DNA from: Selaginella moellendorffii
Lineage: Eukaryota > Plantae > Lycopodiophyta
NCBI RefSeq assembly: GCF_000143415.4
Contig: NW_003314261.1
Coordinates: 6,542,817 to 6,606,816 of the forward strand
Length of the DNA stretch: 64,000 bases
Direction of reading: 5' to 3'
Below the pieces are notes generated by a model. That model ran no database searches. It worked only from the letters and a program-made list of their open reading frames with translations, and had not been told where the DNA came from. This document shows, piece by piece, positions 1 through 13,519 of this stretch (position 1 is the first letter of the stretch; each line of letters opens with the position of its first letter). The position numbers and the translations under genes are program-made.

Positions 1-3000
1 AAAACAAACTTCACAAATCTTCCAAGGAAAATGTCATGCTAATCCTTAAATTTGTGGTCAAACTTGCCATAACACCCAATACAGCTTTTAGTTCTTCCCG
101 ATGCACCAGCCAAAGAGTCCTATAAATGAGTAACTGCCTCATACATACCATAAGGTATAGGCTCAAAATGTTCCCACCCTTAGACCACTGTGCCTGCTAT
201 ATAGATGGCCAAGCTCTTTCTCTTTTCCTTGGTCACAAGTAGTTTGAAGTTGGGTTGCTTGAGCGTTAAGCACAGATGGCACGGAAACTTGGATGCTTCA
301 AATGGGTTGATCTCAAACCCCTCCACCAGAAGCAGTCTGAATGAAAAACTCTTGTTCTATAGCAGATCCTTCATCTTGAAACCATTCCATGACAGTAAAA
401 CCTATAAACTTGAGCATGAGAAAAAACAAACTTATATGTTTGGATTGTTTCTTGCCACAATTGATGGAGTACGTTGATCAGATTTTCCATTAAGTCAGAT
501 GTATGGGGACCGTCGGGCCATGGAACATGAAACCCCTGAAATGGCGAGCAGTATACAAGCACATTGCATGGAACTGAAATTGGCAAACAGTATACGAGGC
601 GCATTTTGAAACCAAGAGAGGACTAATAGCTCATGCGCTACCGTTGCCATGAGAGACATGGATGGCAGTTCCTTCACATTCTTGCTTGCCTGTAGAATTA
701 AGTTCGAACTTCTATAATGCAAAAGAAATAGCTCCTAGACCTTCTCATCTGCATTGAGCTATAAGGTTTTGTGTGCTTTGGCAATGTAGAGCTCGGGATC
801 AAGTCCGGTAATAAAACCAAGCTCCCTCGCCAGATTTTCATCCCACTGGTAAAAGCGTCTGACGAGCTTTTTAATCACGGGCTTGTTCCTGCGCATCCAA
901 ATAATTCAAAACCAAAATCTTACCTCGAGTAGATGAATTTTCCTAGCACTTCTAGAGTAGTATCAGATGTATAAGTCACACAACATTGCTATGCTTTTGT
1001 GTGACCACACATTGTTTCTTGCCAGGATAATCTGCTTGCTCTAGTAGAGCATTGACGCTGCAACACAATTATTTTCACTAAGCACACACACAAATCCAAG
1101 TAACATGAGAGATGGATAACTTAATCTATTATGTCGGAGGCTTTTAACACGATAAACTAAACTATCCATATTTAAAAAAATTGATACACTAAAACAACCA
1201 TTTTTTTTTTTTTTTTTGTCAGCAGGTATGCAACAAAAGACAATAGTCCATAAAGTCGCTCGAAAGTAACATCAGAAGGATCAAAATGGAGGAGACTCTG
1301 GCTTGACAGAGACTCTTGTTTAGAACCTAGCCTAGAACTCGAATCTTACCCTACTTAGGTCACGAACCATAGAAATTATATTTATAAAGGAGGCTCAAGT
1401 TAAGGAAGCGTTATTAAAGTTTGAGACACACCTGTGATAAAATGTACGTATCATAAAAAGTATGGCATGAAGGCGTGTAGAACCAGAGAAAAGCTGAATC
1501 CAGGCAGTGAAGGCAGGCGCGCGGCGCGATCAGGGCGAGGTATGTGAGCATTCTCCAGGTTTTCTTGCAATGGAAATACGCTGCCAGGGTCGATTGGCAT
1601 GGATTTCGAGGTCTAGAGCATGCATTCTAGGGGAATGAAGCAGCATTTGCTTGTAGATCTTCCATTTCTAGCGTTTCTTGCCCTGGGCACACGGATTTCC
1701 CTAGCTTGTTCTACGTTTTGCTCTACCATTTCGATTTCCTGGTACTATGGAAGTTCTAAACGTTTCGTTTAGATTTTCAGGATGGCGCCAGTGTATGCAA
1801 GTCCAATCTCCATTCCAGCAGACGATCAGGCAGGCGCCGTAGCTGTTCCAGCCTACACTCCTCCGCCTTTGCCGACCGCCAGGCAAGTCAGTGGAGTGCA
1901 AGTAAGATGAGTTTCTATGGCAAGATTGCTCGACTGGGAGTCGGCGTGGGAAGGAAGGACGCTTGTATCGTCCTTGTTGAGGGCGGAGTGGGAAGGCTGG
2001 TAAGAAAGGGCCACGAATATTGCGTCGTCGCAGCTAGAAACTACTTCGAGGATCAGCACGAGGATAATGGCTGCACCTGCCTTCAAAGTGGCTAGAACTA
2101 AGTCACCGGGTGCCTTGCGCATCTGCTCAGGGATTCTGCCTGCAGAACTTTTATGCTTTGTCATTCCGAAGCATGAAGTACGACGGGGTGATGGACAGAA
2201 TGCCTCTTATAAGACCGCTACTAGAACTCCATGACTGCCCTGTCGAGTTCTGGCAAATCGCAAAGCTCGCTGGTATAATGGACGTGCTCGTGTCCACCGA
2301 ATGCAGATTTCTCTGCGATCTGGAACATGACAAGCAGGTTTGCACGACGCTTGTATCGGGAAATAACGATGCTGCAGCAGACTCGATACGGGCAATTAGG
2401 TATAGATCTGCAGACGGTGAAATCCTGACCATGCAGGACAAGTTTCCGAAACGCCCTCTGTCTCACTCAGATGTTGATGCTCCCGGCTTTCCGGAGGACT
2501 ATCTCTGACGAGTACAAGATGCTGTCCAATATTCAGCTCCGGCTTTTGGTTATGCCTCCTCAGTTGAAGCCGATGCATCATCCTCGTCACTTTTGGAAGC
2601 AGCATTCCCTGGACAAGGTCATGGGCTTCATCATAGTTGATGCAGCGAATGTGGCAGAGCTGATGAAACTGCAGCGACATTCCTTGGGGCAATGAATACT
2701 GGTGATAGGCTCAAAAGGAAATTCAGATCTGTGAGACAGTTTGTAAGTGCAGCTCCCTCCATTCAACGGCTAAGTTGCGAGATCTATTAGCTCAAAATTC
2801 AGTCCATGCTTACTGCTTACTTTGTGAAGCTCGCTCTTTACTGAGTCTCCATGCTCACCTCTCATTTCAGCCTCTTCTCAGGCCACGAGTGTGGCATTGC
2901 TGCTTGGTAAAGCGTATGCTTGTCCTGTTGTTTTTCAGCAAGTTTGATTGGTAAGAGCTTGTATTATACCCACAGAAGCGAAGTCACCATCACCCGTGCC

Positions 3001-3108
3001 ACTTATTCGGTAGCAAGTCACCAAAACCTTGAACTTATCATACAAAGCCCCACTGTTGCTGTTAGCCAGGAATCTTTTCTCACTCTGGTCAATCAAGTGA
3101 TCATTTCC

Positions 3109-5061
3109 TCACCTCATTCGTTTTGCGGACTTTTTTCTCTTTGATATCTTCTCCGGTCCAGCAACAACTGAGAAGCCGCCATTAGATGAATTAGGAGGAT
3201 TGCTATCTGGAGGAGCGGGTGATTGAGCTCCTACCAAGAACTTCTCCGACTTCGCTTCGAACAGGGAGTGTTCCTTTTCTTTTGCCGGATCAAAAGCCAC
3301 CGAGATCGTCTTCTTCCCATCGTCATCACCTCGTGCTGCTAAGAATCTGCTAGAACTGCCGGCCTCGAAACCGCTCGCGGAGGGAGAAGAAGTTAGCGAT
3401 GGAGCTCCACCACCACCAAAGTTCCCCTCGAGAATAGAGCTAGCTTTCTCGACCCGTGCAGCGAACTTGTCGATATCGGAGGCTGTCCCATTGGCAAATG
3501 AAACCGTAACGCTTCTGGTCTTGGTCTGATCCCTGCTGACAACCAAGACTTAAGAGCTGCTGGAGTTTAGAAAAAGGAATACCTTGTGATGACGGAGGGG
3601 GGCGATGGTATCTTTGGTGTTGGCGGCTCTGGACCAGAGCGAGAGCGTGTTGAAGGAAATGTGAAACTCGAAGAAGTTGACAATCCAGTCAGCGGCGCCA
3701 AGCCACCACGCTTCGTCTGGAGTAGCAACACAACGGTTACGAAATGGTCGCACTGGAAATGAAGAAAGAATGATAGATACTTGCCTTGTAAAGGGGTGGA
3801 TTCTCTGGAACTGTATCTGTCGAAGAAAGCACATTTTCTGCCGCCGTAACTCTTTTTCCAGAAGAAACCCTGCTCGCTTCGGTGGTTTTTCTCGCGTCAA
3901 GGTCCCTGAAAGGACTTTTCTCCAGTGTGTCAAGGATTCTCCCAGCAGTGCGCGTTGATTGACTAGGCGCGGACAGCTTGAAACCTGTCCTCTCTTTTGT
4001 CTTGCGGAAGCAAGTCAAGTCCATCGAGTCGGCATGAGGCTTCCTCTTTTGCGCAACGCTCGGCAGGATACTTGGACCTCTAAAACTCATCGAACCAGTC
4101 GGTGAGAGATCCTTCGTGCCACGCGCCAAAGGCGAAGAGTTTTCGGCACTATCCCGCTTCTTCAAAAGCTGCAAAGAAAGCGTAGCGTAGAATTTATCCA
4201 AGCAGAGAATGTAAAATACATTACCTCGCGACCACCTGAGATTGGAACCTGAATCGGCGTCCACCGCTGAGCTCGAGACACACTAGTAGACGGCTTGCTT
4301 ACATGCTCGTCCCCGTAAAACCTCGATCTGATGAGCTTGATGTAGCGCTCACATTGCTCCCTGTGCCGCACAAAGTTACTTCGTGATTGAAAAAAAAGAA
4401 GAAACTACCTTGTGAGCTCCTTTTCAACAAGAATGCTCTCAAGGTCATCAGCTTCCACAGGATCACAGGGACCATTCTCGACCCTGACAGGATCACACGG
4501 CCCATTCTCAAGCCGGGCATCGTCACGATCATCCTTAGCCACCTTCACAGCGAGAAACAATAAACTAGTAAAGGAAAGAAAAAGAAAAACCAAGAAGAAA
4601 AAAACCAGACTACCTGCTCGTTCGAAGGGAACGCTAGTTCCAAAGAAGGTATATCATCGCCAGTTCCATCCAGTTCCACTTCTGCAAGATCAAACCGCAA
4701 CTTCACAGAAACCCAAAAGAGATCAAACAAACCCACCAGCATTTGGCCGAGGAGGAGCTGCGATAGCCGGAGCTTGGCGCTTGAACAGTGAAGTGTACAA
4801 AAATGTAGCACTCTTGGTTAGAATCCTAGATGCCGAGCCTACAATTCTGCCTCCAATCCATCCTTCCTTGCTCTCCGCGAGCGCTGCCGCCTGCCTGGGA
4901 TGCCTTGCGGCTGCCGCTGGCCTCTCATACGGCGTGCTAATCCTCGCGCTGGACGAAGAACCTTTCTTGAGCTTGAGCTTGCTGCTACTACCGCCGCTAC
5001 CCGCGTAAGGCGTCCTATCCCCTACCTCCGGCGGCGCCATGGACGATTCATGCCCTTCCAT
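3109..5061 (-). CDS. Plant nuclear basket protein NUP1/NUP136- or KAKU4-like (multi-exon; 3' end approximate)
   Basis: N-terminal STPYERP...WIGGRIVGSASRILTKSATFLYTSLF; spliced LESILVEKELTR-EQCERYIKLIRSR; SQSTRTAGRILDTLEK. These resemble conserved NUP1/KAKU4 blocks. Ser-rich body and basic C-terminal KRKK. Confidence 0.65.
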
Positions 5062-5282
5062 GAAGAACCGCGATTGATCTGGCGCTCATGGCGCGCGTGG
5101 AGTAGGAGGCATCGCGCGCCACCGTGCTAAAACCCTAGCTCCTCACAAATGACTAAACCACTCACAATGCGATCAATCGAAACAAAGAGACGCCGTTGGA
5201 TCGAACAATAGAAGCCCTAAAACCCTAAAAGGAATGGGGGCAATTTAACCCACGGGTAAAAAGTTATGTACAAATAACTTTG

Positions 5283-6281
5283 TCAAAATGGAAGGGGGCC
5301 TAATCTAGGCCGTCCGCTTCCGTATCTAAAATCATCTCCAATCTTCGTCCTCTTTAGATAGCTCGCGATGGGCTGAATCCCACTGTCCTCCACCAGCATC
5401 GCCACGGCCTCTGGAGTATCAGGCCCAAAATCTGTCAGCCGAGGCCCCCAGTAGTGGTTCATCCTCATCTCCTCCTCCTCCGCCACGATCGTCGCCCCAA
5501 TCCTCATCACAAACTTGTGTGGATCGAAGGTCGTCACGCCCTCGGTCAGCGCTGGCCGAAAGATCGGCTTCTGGCGGCTATGGAATCCCGGGATCGTGCC
5601 CTCGCTCTCGCGCTTCCTCCTCTGGTAGCGCTCGATCACCCAGTTCCCCGGATCGCCCATTGGATTCCCCATGAAAAGCATACACTGTAACAAGATCTGG
5701 GACACCTCGCTCGTGCCTGTCGTTCGCAAAAATCTGGCCAAAAATCCCGGATTCGTGTCCGTGGGCGAGAATGGGTACTCGTCCACATCCATCTCGATCG
5801 CCCAGACGCCGGATCGATTGTAGTTCGCGAGGAAATGGGCGTAGGAATTGTCCTGCTCGTAGTGGAAATCCGAGCCCTCGAGCTTGGGGAAGAGCGAGTA
5901 GAAGCGGTGGTATGTGAGAGCGCCGGATTCCACATATGGCCGGAGACTTTCTTCCTGGGACTCGGATTCATCGTGGGCGGTGTCATACCAGTAGATGTGC
6001 TCCACCCCTGCGCTGCCCATGTAATCGATCCACTGCCGGCATTCGAAAGACGTGATGTTGAACAGATCCGCCGCAAACACCCTGTTGAAGATCACTGCGA
6101 CGAGGAAGAATCCATCGCGCTTGTGTCCTTTGATCGAGGGGGCGCCCGAATCGCTCCCAAAGTGGACGATTAAGCCCGCAAGAAATATCAGCCATGCTAC
6201 CAAGAGAAGTAAGCATTTTCTGCCTAAATCGCCGCAGCCATTGCCATGCCAAGACGATCGTCCCGGGGAGAATCGCGCCAT
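5283..6281 (-). CDS. Intronless GT92/DUF23-like (GT-A fold) type II membrane glycosyltransferase
   Basis: ATG at 6281 (MARFSPG), N-terminal TM helix, CRQWIDYMGSAGVEHIYWYD block, EMDVDEY DxD motif, C-terminal MNHYW. Confidence 0.75.
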   Translation of the reverse strand: MARFSPGRSSWHGNGCGDLGRKCLLLLVAWLIFLAGLIVHFGSDSGAPSIKGHKRDGFFLVAVIFNRVFAADLFNITSFECRQWIDYMGSAGVEHIYWYDTAHDESESQEESLRPYVESGALTYHRFYSLFPKLEGSDFHYEQDNSYAHFLANYNRSGVWAIEMDVDEYPFSPTDTNPGFLARFLRTTGTSEVSQILLQCMLFMGNPMGDPGNWVIERYQRRKRESEGTIPGFHSRQKPIFRPALTEGVTTFDPHKFVMRIGATIVAEEEEMRMNHYWGPRLTDFGPDTPEAVAMLVEDSGIQPIASYLKRTKIGDDFRYGSGRPRLGPLPF

Positions 6282-6985
6282 AGCTGCTAGCTTGCGCTCG
6301 TGCGATGGATCGATAGGGTTGGGTCCGCCCTCGATCAGATGAGATCCATCTCTAAGCTCATCGCGTAAATCTGAGTAATCTCCTCTGTTCAGCAAGCTAA
6401 GGGTCAACGTGGAAATTATATCAGAAATCCAATTGAATATCAAATGGTTTGGAGTGCAATCGTGCCAACCACCGTTAACAATATCCTTAATAGTCAATAG
6501 TTGATTTTCTTCTTTATGTTGGTGGTGTAGATCTTTTCTTAAACAAGCAGAAGAGAGAGAGAGAGAGAGAGGTGATTGTGAGAAAAATAAGCCAAAGGGG
6601 ACCCAAAGTCTTTCTTAATTGTCCATGTTCTCAGAAAACAAAATCTTAGACTATGTATTCTTTCTTTCTTTCTTTTTTCCTTTTTCTCTTTCACTTTTGC
6701 ATTTTGTGTATGCAAGGGGCCCTCCCTGCTCCGGAGTGTCCAAGACACATACTTTTTGTGCTATTGTTTAATTCTATCCAAAAATTTAAAACATCTATGC
6801 CGGGTAGTAGTATTACTGCACGGTTTTTGGAAAAATATTTGCGAGCACAGCCTCCGTTAAGATTCATTTCTCTCCTATGTGGCAGAAACCGGCGCTTGTT
6901 CCTCTCTTTCCTACGTGGCTCTTATGTGGAACTTGACTTGCGCTTATGACATGGTCCCGAGATGGCTGGCGTAGAAGGATCCAAA

Positions 6986-8220
6986 GATTTAAAGCACTAC
7001 AAGTCTTCAAACGAGAGTGGAGCACCTGATATCACTCCCCAGCGAGTGAAAGGAATGGAATCCAGCAGAGTTAGAACTAGCCCAACTGGGTTTGAGCGGG
7101 GCGAGCAAACCCACCCTCAAATGTTAAACCACGGCAGCCATCCCTGGACGGATTTATGCAAGGCGAATTATTAAAATGTATGCTGCGCTTTAGGGTTTGG
7201 CGGCGGGTAGGCGCAAAAGAATGACAATCCAGTTGCCGCTCTTGTACATCGACATGAGGGCTGTGGACTTCAGTACCCCGAAGCTGGCTGCTAAACAAAT
7301 TGCAAGACAGATGGACTTCTTGGCTCCTTGGTGTGTCATCGGCCCTTCTAAAGACGATCGGGCCTGACGTTCAGGGGCGTAAACGTTGACGAGCTTTCTC
7401 CATCTGCCAGATGAAGAACCAGTGAAGGACTTGGGCTCTGTCATGGGCTGGTTTATGAGCCTGGCGATTGAAAACCAGCACAGGAGGCCAATTTTCGTCA
7501 TCGATGAAGCTGACAGGTTGAAGCAGTGGTCCAACAATGATGTAGCTACTCTCCTGGGATGGTTTGTAGCCATGACAAAGCAGGACCGGACTGCGGTGGT
7601 GATTATGTCCAGCTCCGGTGACTTTTTTCTGGAACAGTGGTTCCAGAGTCATAAAAACGTTCCGCAATGGAAGCCTGGGGCACTTTAGTGAAAAGAATGG
7701 ACATTTGTGGCTGCCCTTTTGCTGCTTGAGAGCTGTGTGTTCGACCTGGGATTCTAAAAGGCATGGTAGTGGCTGAGTTGGCCAAGATTTATTTGGGACT
7801 GGAGCATGGTCGCGGCTGGGAACAGGCCAAGTTCAGGGAGGTGATGAAGCTCATTGTGGCGCATGTTTGACGCCGTGTCTTCAACGGGGATATCGTCGAG
7901 TGCCTGCAGCAGGTCAAAGCCATGCTCTCTTGCAACCTGATAAATGTTCGGCTGATTGGTTTACGATGACCTCGAGGACTTCCACAAACCTGCCAACGTC
8001 TGTGACTTTATCATGGCAAGGTCTCCTGCTGTCGCTATGAAAATGTTTTGTGCCGGTGAGTTTGACGATCTGACGGTTAAATTTTAAGATGTATGTATAT
8101 TCTTAAATAAATTTGTTTTGCCGTTTGCTTTTCAATACAAACATGATTTTGATAAGACTTTTCTTGTTAGATTGTTGATGTTGATAATATATGGCAAATG
8201 AGCAACAAGCATTGCCCCAA
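6986..8220 (+). pseudogene. Degenerate P-loop ATPase (archaeal-ATPase/ATPase_2-like), copy 1
   Basis: Walker B IFVIDEADRL and VVIMSSS in ORF 7386-7688; frameshifts and stops; Walker A region missing; direct repeat of 13520-14470. Confidence 0.6.
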
Positions 8221-9239
8221 ATGGTATGTTGCTCTATAGCTCGCAGAGGTCCTGTGCTACTCAAGTCGAGAAAGAGGTCAATGCCAATCTCTCTACCAAG
8301 ATCAAGCTAAAGTTTCTGGAGATAGGGATGACTTGAGCTCGAGCTCTATATACCAGGGACATGTTTGGTCTCGTGGATCTATATGTGAAGTCCTCGACTG
8401 TTGCTGGGTTTTTGTATGCACCGATACACCTTTGTACTTGTCCTTTATATAAGAGCAGTTTTCTAGGGCAGGGAAAAGCTATGGAGCGGCCGTGGAGTTC
8501 CTTAAAGCAGTCATGGAATTCTCAAGGAGAGGCGTGAAACCTGACTGGATAGAGGTGGATTATGGGCCTTATGGCATCCATCGACATAAGGATTGTAGGC
8601 CTAAACAGGTTAAATCTCAAGAGGAGTTGGAAGAGATTGACAAGAAGAAGAAGGAGCTGTGGGAATTGGAAATGTATTTGGCACTATTTGCCCCGGTTAG
8701 CTATGTGACTCATTTTCGGGACAAGTGGCACTAGAAATTGTCCACCGGACAATACACTGACAATAGACCATCCACTGGCTAAAGAGTCGAGTCATATTCT
8801 GCAGATGTCACTTGCAGTGGTTGTCGTCGTGTTGATGGGCCCAGCAAGGCAAAAAATTGATGCCCTTCAGGCCCTTTTTGAGACATGTGTTTTTCCAAAA
8901 TGCCCTTTAAATATCCAAAATTTCTTTCACAATAGAACAAAATATTCTTTCAGAATATTTTCTCTTTCTTAATGGACAAATGAATATTCCAAATTAAATA
9001 CAGTGTTTCTCTAGACATCTTCTCTCAATTGATTGGAGTTTAGATTGCAAGCCATAATTGTCTTGTTTAGGGTACATTTTTATAGAGAAGAAAATGGAAG
9101 GGCAGTAAGAATCTTCATCCAATTCTAGAAGGTATGCATATTATACATTGAACCTTTTCTATTTCCATGCATTTAACTTATAGATCTTAGGAAAATGCAT
9201 GGCCCATTGCTGAACTAACTTAAGAAAGCCTAAATAACC

Positions 9240-10560
9240 TTACAGGAAATATAAATGGAAGAAGATTATACATCAAAAAAGCAATGGCCACTCAAAAGAT
9301 TCTCAACCAATTGGACTCTTTGCTATCCTTGGGCTTTTAATAAAACTAATGACAAAGGTAAAATAGATTTAAACTTTTTCTTTTCTTAATTCTTTTACAT
9401 ATGGGACTTGAGATTTTTTTGTGCTTGGTGTATCTAAGCTATGAAAACAAATGTTTTTACTATAGTAGGATCTACTACTATTCAATTGGGAAGTTTGAAA
9501 GATCATCATAATTTTAGTGATCATGCAGCTTCAAAGAGGGATAGAGATTAGAAATGATGATTTGAAAAAGACAAGTAAGGGAGAATAAAGGCATCAATAA
9601 GTAATTTGATTTCACAGGAGGAAAGGAAGATTATATAAGATTATGAAAGTGAGTCATACTTGTGCTACTCTAAACATACCATTACACAGATTTGAGAGGC
9701 TTTGTGAAAGTTATAAGAAAATTAGTATTTCAAATTTCTGAAGTGGTGGTGAATAATTCTTACACGAATCCAATTTCAAGGCAAATTGCTGGATAGATTC
9801 AAACCTTATTATCTAGTTTTTTTTTATCTACTACTGAATTTAGAAAGCTAGAGTACTAGATATATGGATAAATTATTTCTTATGTTTTGAGTTATAAGGA
9901 GATTCCTTGTAAGACTAAAGTTTTGGATTTAAATGCAATATTAAATATACAAAGAGGATCACTTGAAAACTACAAAAATATTGCAAAAAAATACATTCAG
10001 GAAGTGGTTAATAGTCTTAACTAACATTTTGAAAATCTCTCATTTTTCAACAATTTAAAGACTTTTCATCTTTGTTCAATTTTGGATGATTTAACAAAGA
10101 GGAGAAAACAAACTCGACTTCAGCTAAAGAGACTTTTCAACAAAATTAATTATAATCAAACAATTGTTAACATAAAAGTTATGTAAAAGCTAAATGATTT
10201 TATTGGGATACTCAAATCAACTAAAGGAAAAACCATGGATAATGTTTGGTATAACTATAAAGATGAAAAGCTTTGGTGGAGTATATTTCTAAGTAAGAAA
10301 AAAAATTTATTCAAGTTTAATTTTAACTTATATATTTTCAAATCTTATAAAGCTATAACAACTTTGTATGACAATTCTAATTAATACTATTCTATGCAAA
10401 AGAGGATTTTTTAGATAAAATGACATAAAAATAAAGTTAAAAGTGGATATACTTTGGAGATGTTGAAGGTATTGATGATGATATTCATGAATGCTTCAAA
10501 TTAAGATGATGTGGATTGGTGTAAAGCATTCCATATTTAGAATGCATAGAAAAATATATA
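9240..10560 (+). mobile_element. Decayed hAT-family transposase (ZNF862-like)
   Basis: Manual translation: KRFSTNWTLCYPW...CAWCI*AMKTNVFTIVGSTTIQLGSLKDHHNFSDH (zinc-finger-like, ~9290-9530) and NTILCKRGFFR*NDIK...TLEMLKVLMMI (~10380-10490; hAT dimerisation CERGFS motif). Many stops, very AT-rich, no TIRs confirmed. Confidence 0.6.
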
Positions 10561-11289
10561 TTTATATAATTAACATTTCACTATAATTTTTGGCATTTTT
10601 TATCAATGGGAAAAAAAATTTAGCCTTTTTAAGATGAAAGGTAAATCAAAAAACTATTTTTCATTTGAAAGTCAAACCTTACCTTTTAGATTTATGCCAT
10701 ACAGCCCAAAGACAATCTTCAACTAGTGCTTCTAATGTACTATATAAACCTTGCATGATTGGTTGCATTTGTGCATTGAAAAGAAAAAATCCTCGTGGGA
10801 GAAGCTCAAATATTGTTTATTGGGTCTTTTTGGTTTTACAAATGGCATGTATTGGTTTTGGGGTTAATTATGAAGAGGATTCTATAGGGTTTTAGCTACT
10901 CCTCTATGATTACAAAATCTAAAATGACACCATTTGCCATTTACTAGGGTTCCATAAGTTTGATAAAAGGGCTTTTATACCTTTGTCATTTTTTACTTTC
11001 TTACTCTAGTCACTTTTACTTTAATTTAATTTAGTGAATTCATAGGTTTATTATCTGTTTTAATAAACTCTTTCTAGCCTCTTCTGGATTTAAAGCTTAA
11101 ACTTTTTGTGCTTTGCAACATGTACTCAACAACAACTCCTCTTGCAATTTAATCAGTCCACAGATGCCATAAGGCTAATTACGCTTCATGCCTATCTTTT
11201 TGAATTCCTTGGCTGCTTCTTGAACTCCATTATTGATTCCACGAGTTCTTCTAGGAATTATTGAACCATCATGCCAGGACACAACATAG

Positions 11290-13290
11290 TCAATCTACAA
11301 TTGTTATGTAGGCATTGCAAAGGCATTTGACATAGTACCATGTGCAAAATTATTCTAGAGTTTAATGGAACTACAAAACTCATCTATATCATCCAACTCT
11401 TTTATGCAAACTTCAGAAGCAAGACATTGGAGTCTGGCAAGGATGCTTACTATCCCCCCATGCTTTTTGGACTATCCATTGATGGACACAAGTAACTCTT
11501 GGCATAGTGAGAACTCTCTACCATCCAACTGGCAAGGATTGAAAGGGATTCTTTGAAACATCATGATTCCATTGTTGGTTCTCCCAGACTCAGTGATTGC
11601 ATATTCCTCTATCTACTACTTAGAGACAACAATAGCTACAAGACCAAATTAACATTTTGCATGGAGAATGAACTCCAACTCAACCTTAACAAGACCAAGA
11701 TCATGGTCTTTGGCCCCAACCAAGAGGTGACTTTTCACTACAAAGGCCAACAAATAAAATATAAGTATATTAGGTATGTTGTCCATTGGACCAAACCATG
11801 GAAATTTGAAGTTGAGGAATGCAAGAAAGCAGCCACATGCCCACTCAATCATACTGCTTCAGAGCACATGTCACCAGCTGGGAGGTCAAGAAAACATATT
11901 ACTTCACAATAGCAGTGCTCTAGGGAGCTGAAATGTCAAGGCTAGGAATGACACCAAAAGGAATGGGACAAAATGGAAATGGTGCAATACAACTTCAACT
12001 TGGTACCATATGGAATCATGATCATGGAGAAAAGCTTGTTCTAGTGAAGGACAGTCCTCCATATCTGAAAAGTAGTAACTTGTAGACCATGCCATTGCCA
12101 AGTCCAACTCAGGTAGACTCCAATGGCTGGTGGTTTGACATGAAGTGGTGGATTGCCAAACTTGGAATGAACTTTGAGATCCTTGAGAGAAATGCATAAT
12201 ACAGCACCTGGTTGCCCCTTTGCCATGCTCACTCCTCACTTCCTTTGTGGCGTGCTTAGGCACACCTAGCTTTGTGCCCTAAATGTTGAATGACTAACTT
12301 TAAATTAGTAACATTAAGATGTTGTTAACAGATATTTTAATGACTATAATTTTATAATTAGCTAGTGAATGAACGGCTATAATTTATAAGTATATAACCT
12401 ACACTAGTTTAGGTTTTTCCTCATTGTGTTTTATATTTGTGCTTCTTATATTTTCTTTCTTATTTTATTTATTTTCTTTAGTATTATGGCTAAATTGAAA
12501 TTCAAGATAGTATTTTTTCTTTTTCCGATCTTATTGAGAGAACTAATAGTAAAGTAAATTCTTTTACTTTTTGTATTACAATTATTTTCTTCCAGAAGAG
12601 AGAGAATGTGAAAGATATCATCGACCAATGAGATATCGATCGATGCAGTGAAAAAATCCCTTCCTCACCATGGTACAACAAAAGGATTATACAGCTCTTA
12701 CTTTCAAGAATATATTTGGCAAAAAATATATATTGAAAGAAAGAAAAATGCATTTAATATTCTATATAGTCATATTAAGCTATACAATCAAGATAATACT
12801 GTTTGAGTAGAATAAATAGTATATTTGATTTTTTTACTTTTAAATACTTAAAAATAATTAAAAATAATATACTAGAACAATCTTTATTTTATAGTAATGA
12901 TGGCATGCAAATCCAAATAACCCACCCTAAATAAAAAGGGTTCTACCCAAGATCCCATACATTGCACTCGTAAAATGGATCAAGGTCCAGGAAGCCCACA
13001 CAAAATATGACCCCATGAGATCAATTCACACAGATCAGCACTTTATGATTAGCTTTCCCCTGCGAGGCAACGCATTCGGGTGGGAGCTCACTGCCTACTC
13101 ACGACTTTGTCCAGTGTGCAGCATGTCCGTGGAAACGGTCACATATGTAGTGCACGAATGTCCAGGATACCCGGAGCTCAGGGACACACAGATCTCATGG
13201 GATGGATCCGTGGCCAACATCCTAGGCACATGAGAAACACAATACCAATTGCCAGGTTTTTGGAACACAAGCGAATTGGCACTTAACACG
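11290..13290 (+). mobile_element. Non-LTR retrotransposon (LINE, RTE-like) ORF2 remnants interrupted by other DNA
   Basis: AKAFDIVP (RT motif, ~11316-11340), LQLNLNKTKIMVF...YKYI (RT C-terminal end, ORF 11553-11912), and RLCPVCSMSVETVTYVVHECPGYPELR (C-terminal Cys motif, ORF 13015-13233). Confidence 0.6.
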
Positions 13291-13519
13291 TCTGTGAAAC
13301 ATGTTAAGCCTAAAAAACCCTTATGTATATCTAATCACATGGATGTAATGTGGAAAGCCAATATCCCAGAACAGCCTCCGAATCCATACTGCTTCTTTCT
13401 GTCACAACATTGTACTCCACGTCACATGTACTACCATTCTGCTTCTGACTGTGCCACGATACAACATTAGAAAACTTAGAAATGTACTCAGTTGTCGACT
13501 GCCTTCCCGAGATTTCTAA

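Noticed and set aside
1-2700. Exon-like fragments and short ORFs (e.g. 2110-2508)
   Set aside because: In-frame stops and no recognisable family; probably decayed genes, but not assignable.
8200-8780. Short ORF 8492-8734
   Set aside because: Non-ATG start, no motif, and it lies between a pseudogene and a transposon remnant.
8840-10630. Possible hAT terminal inverted repeats
   Set aside because: Only weak similarity between ~8845-8866 and ~10607-10627, and no 8-bp TSD.
12284-12680. TGTTG...CAACA-bounded AT-rich segment as a possible solo LTR
   Set aside because: Flanks (CTAAA versus AAAGG) give no TSD; not supportable.
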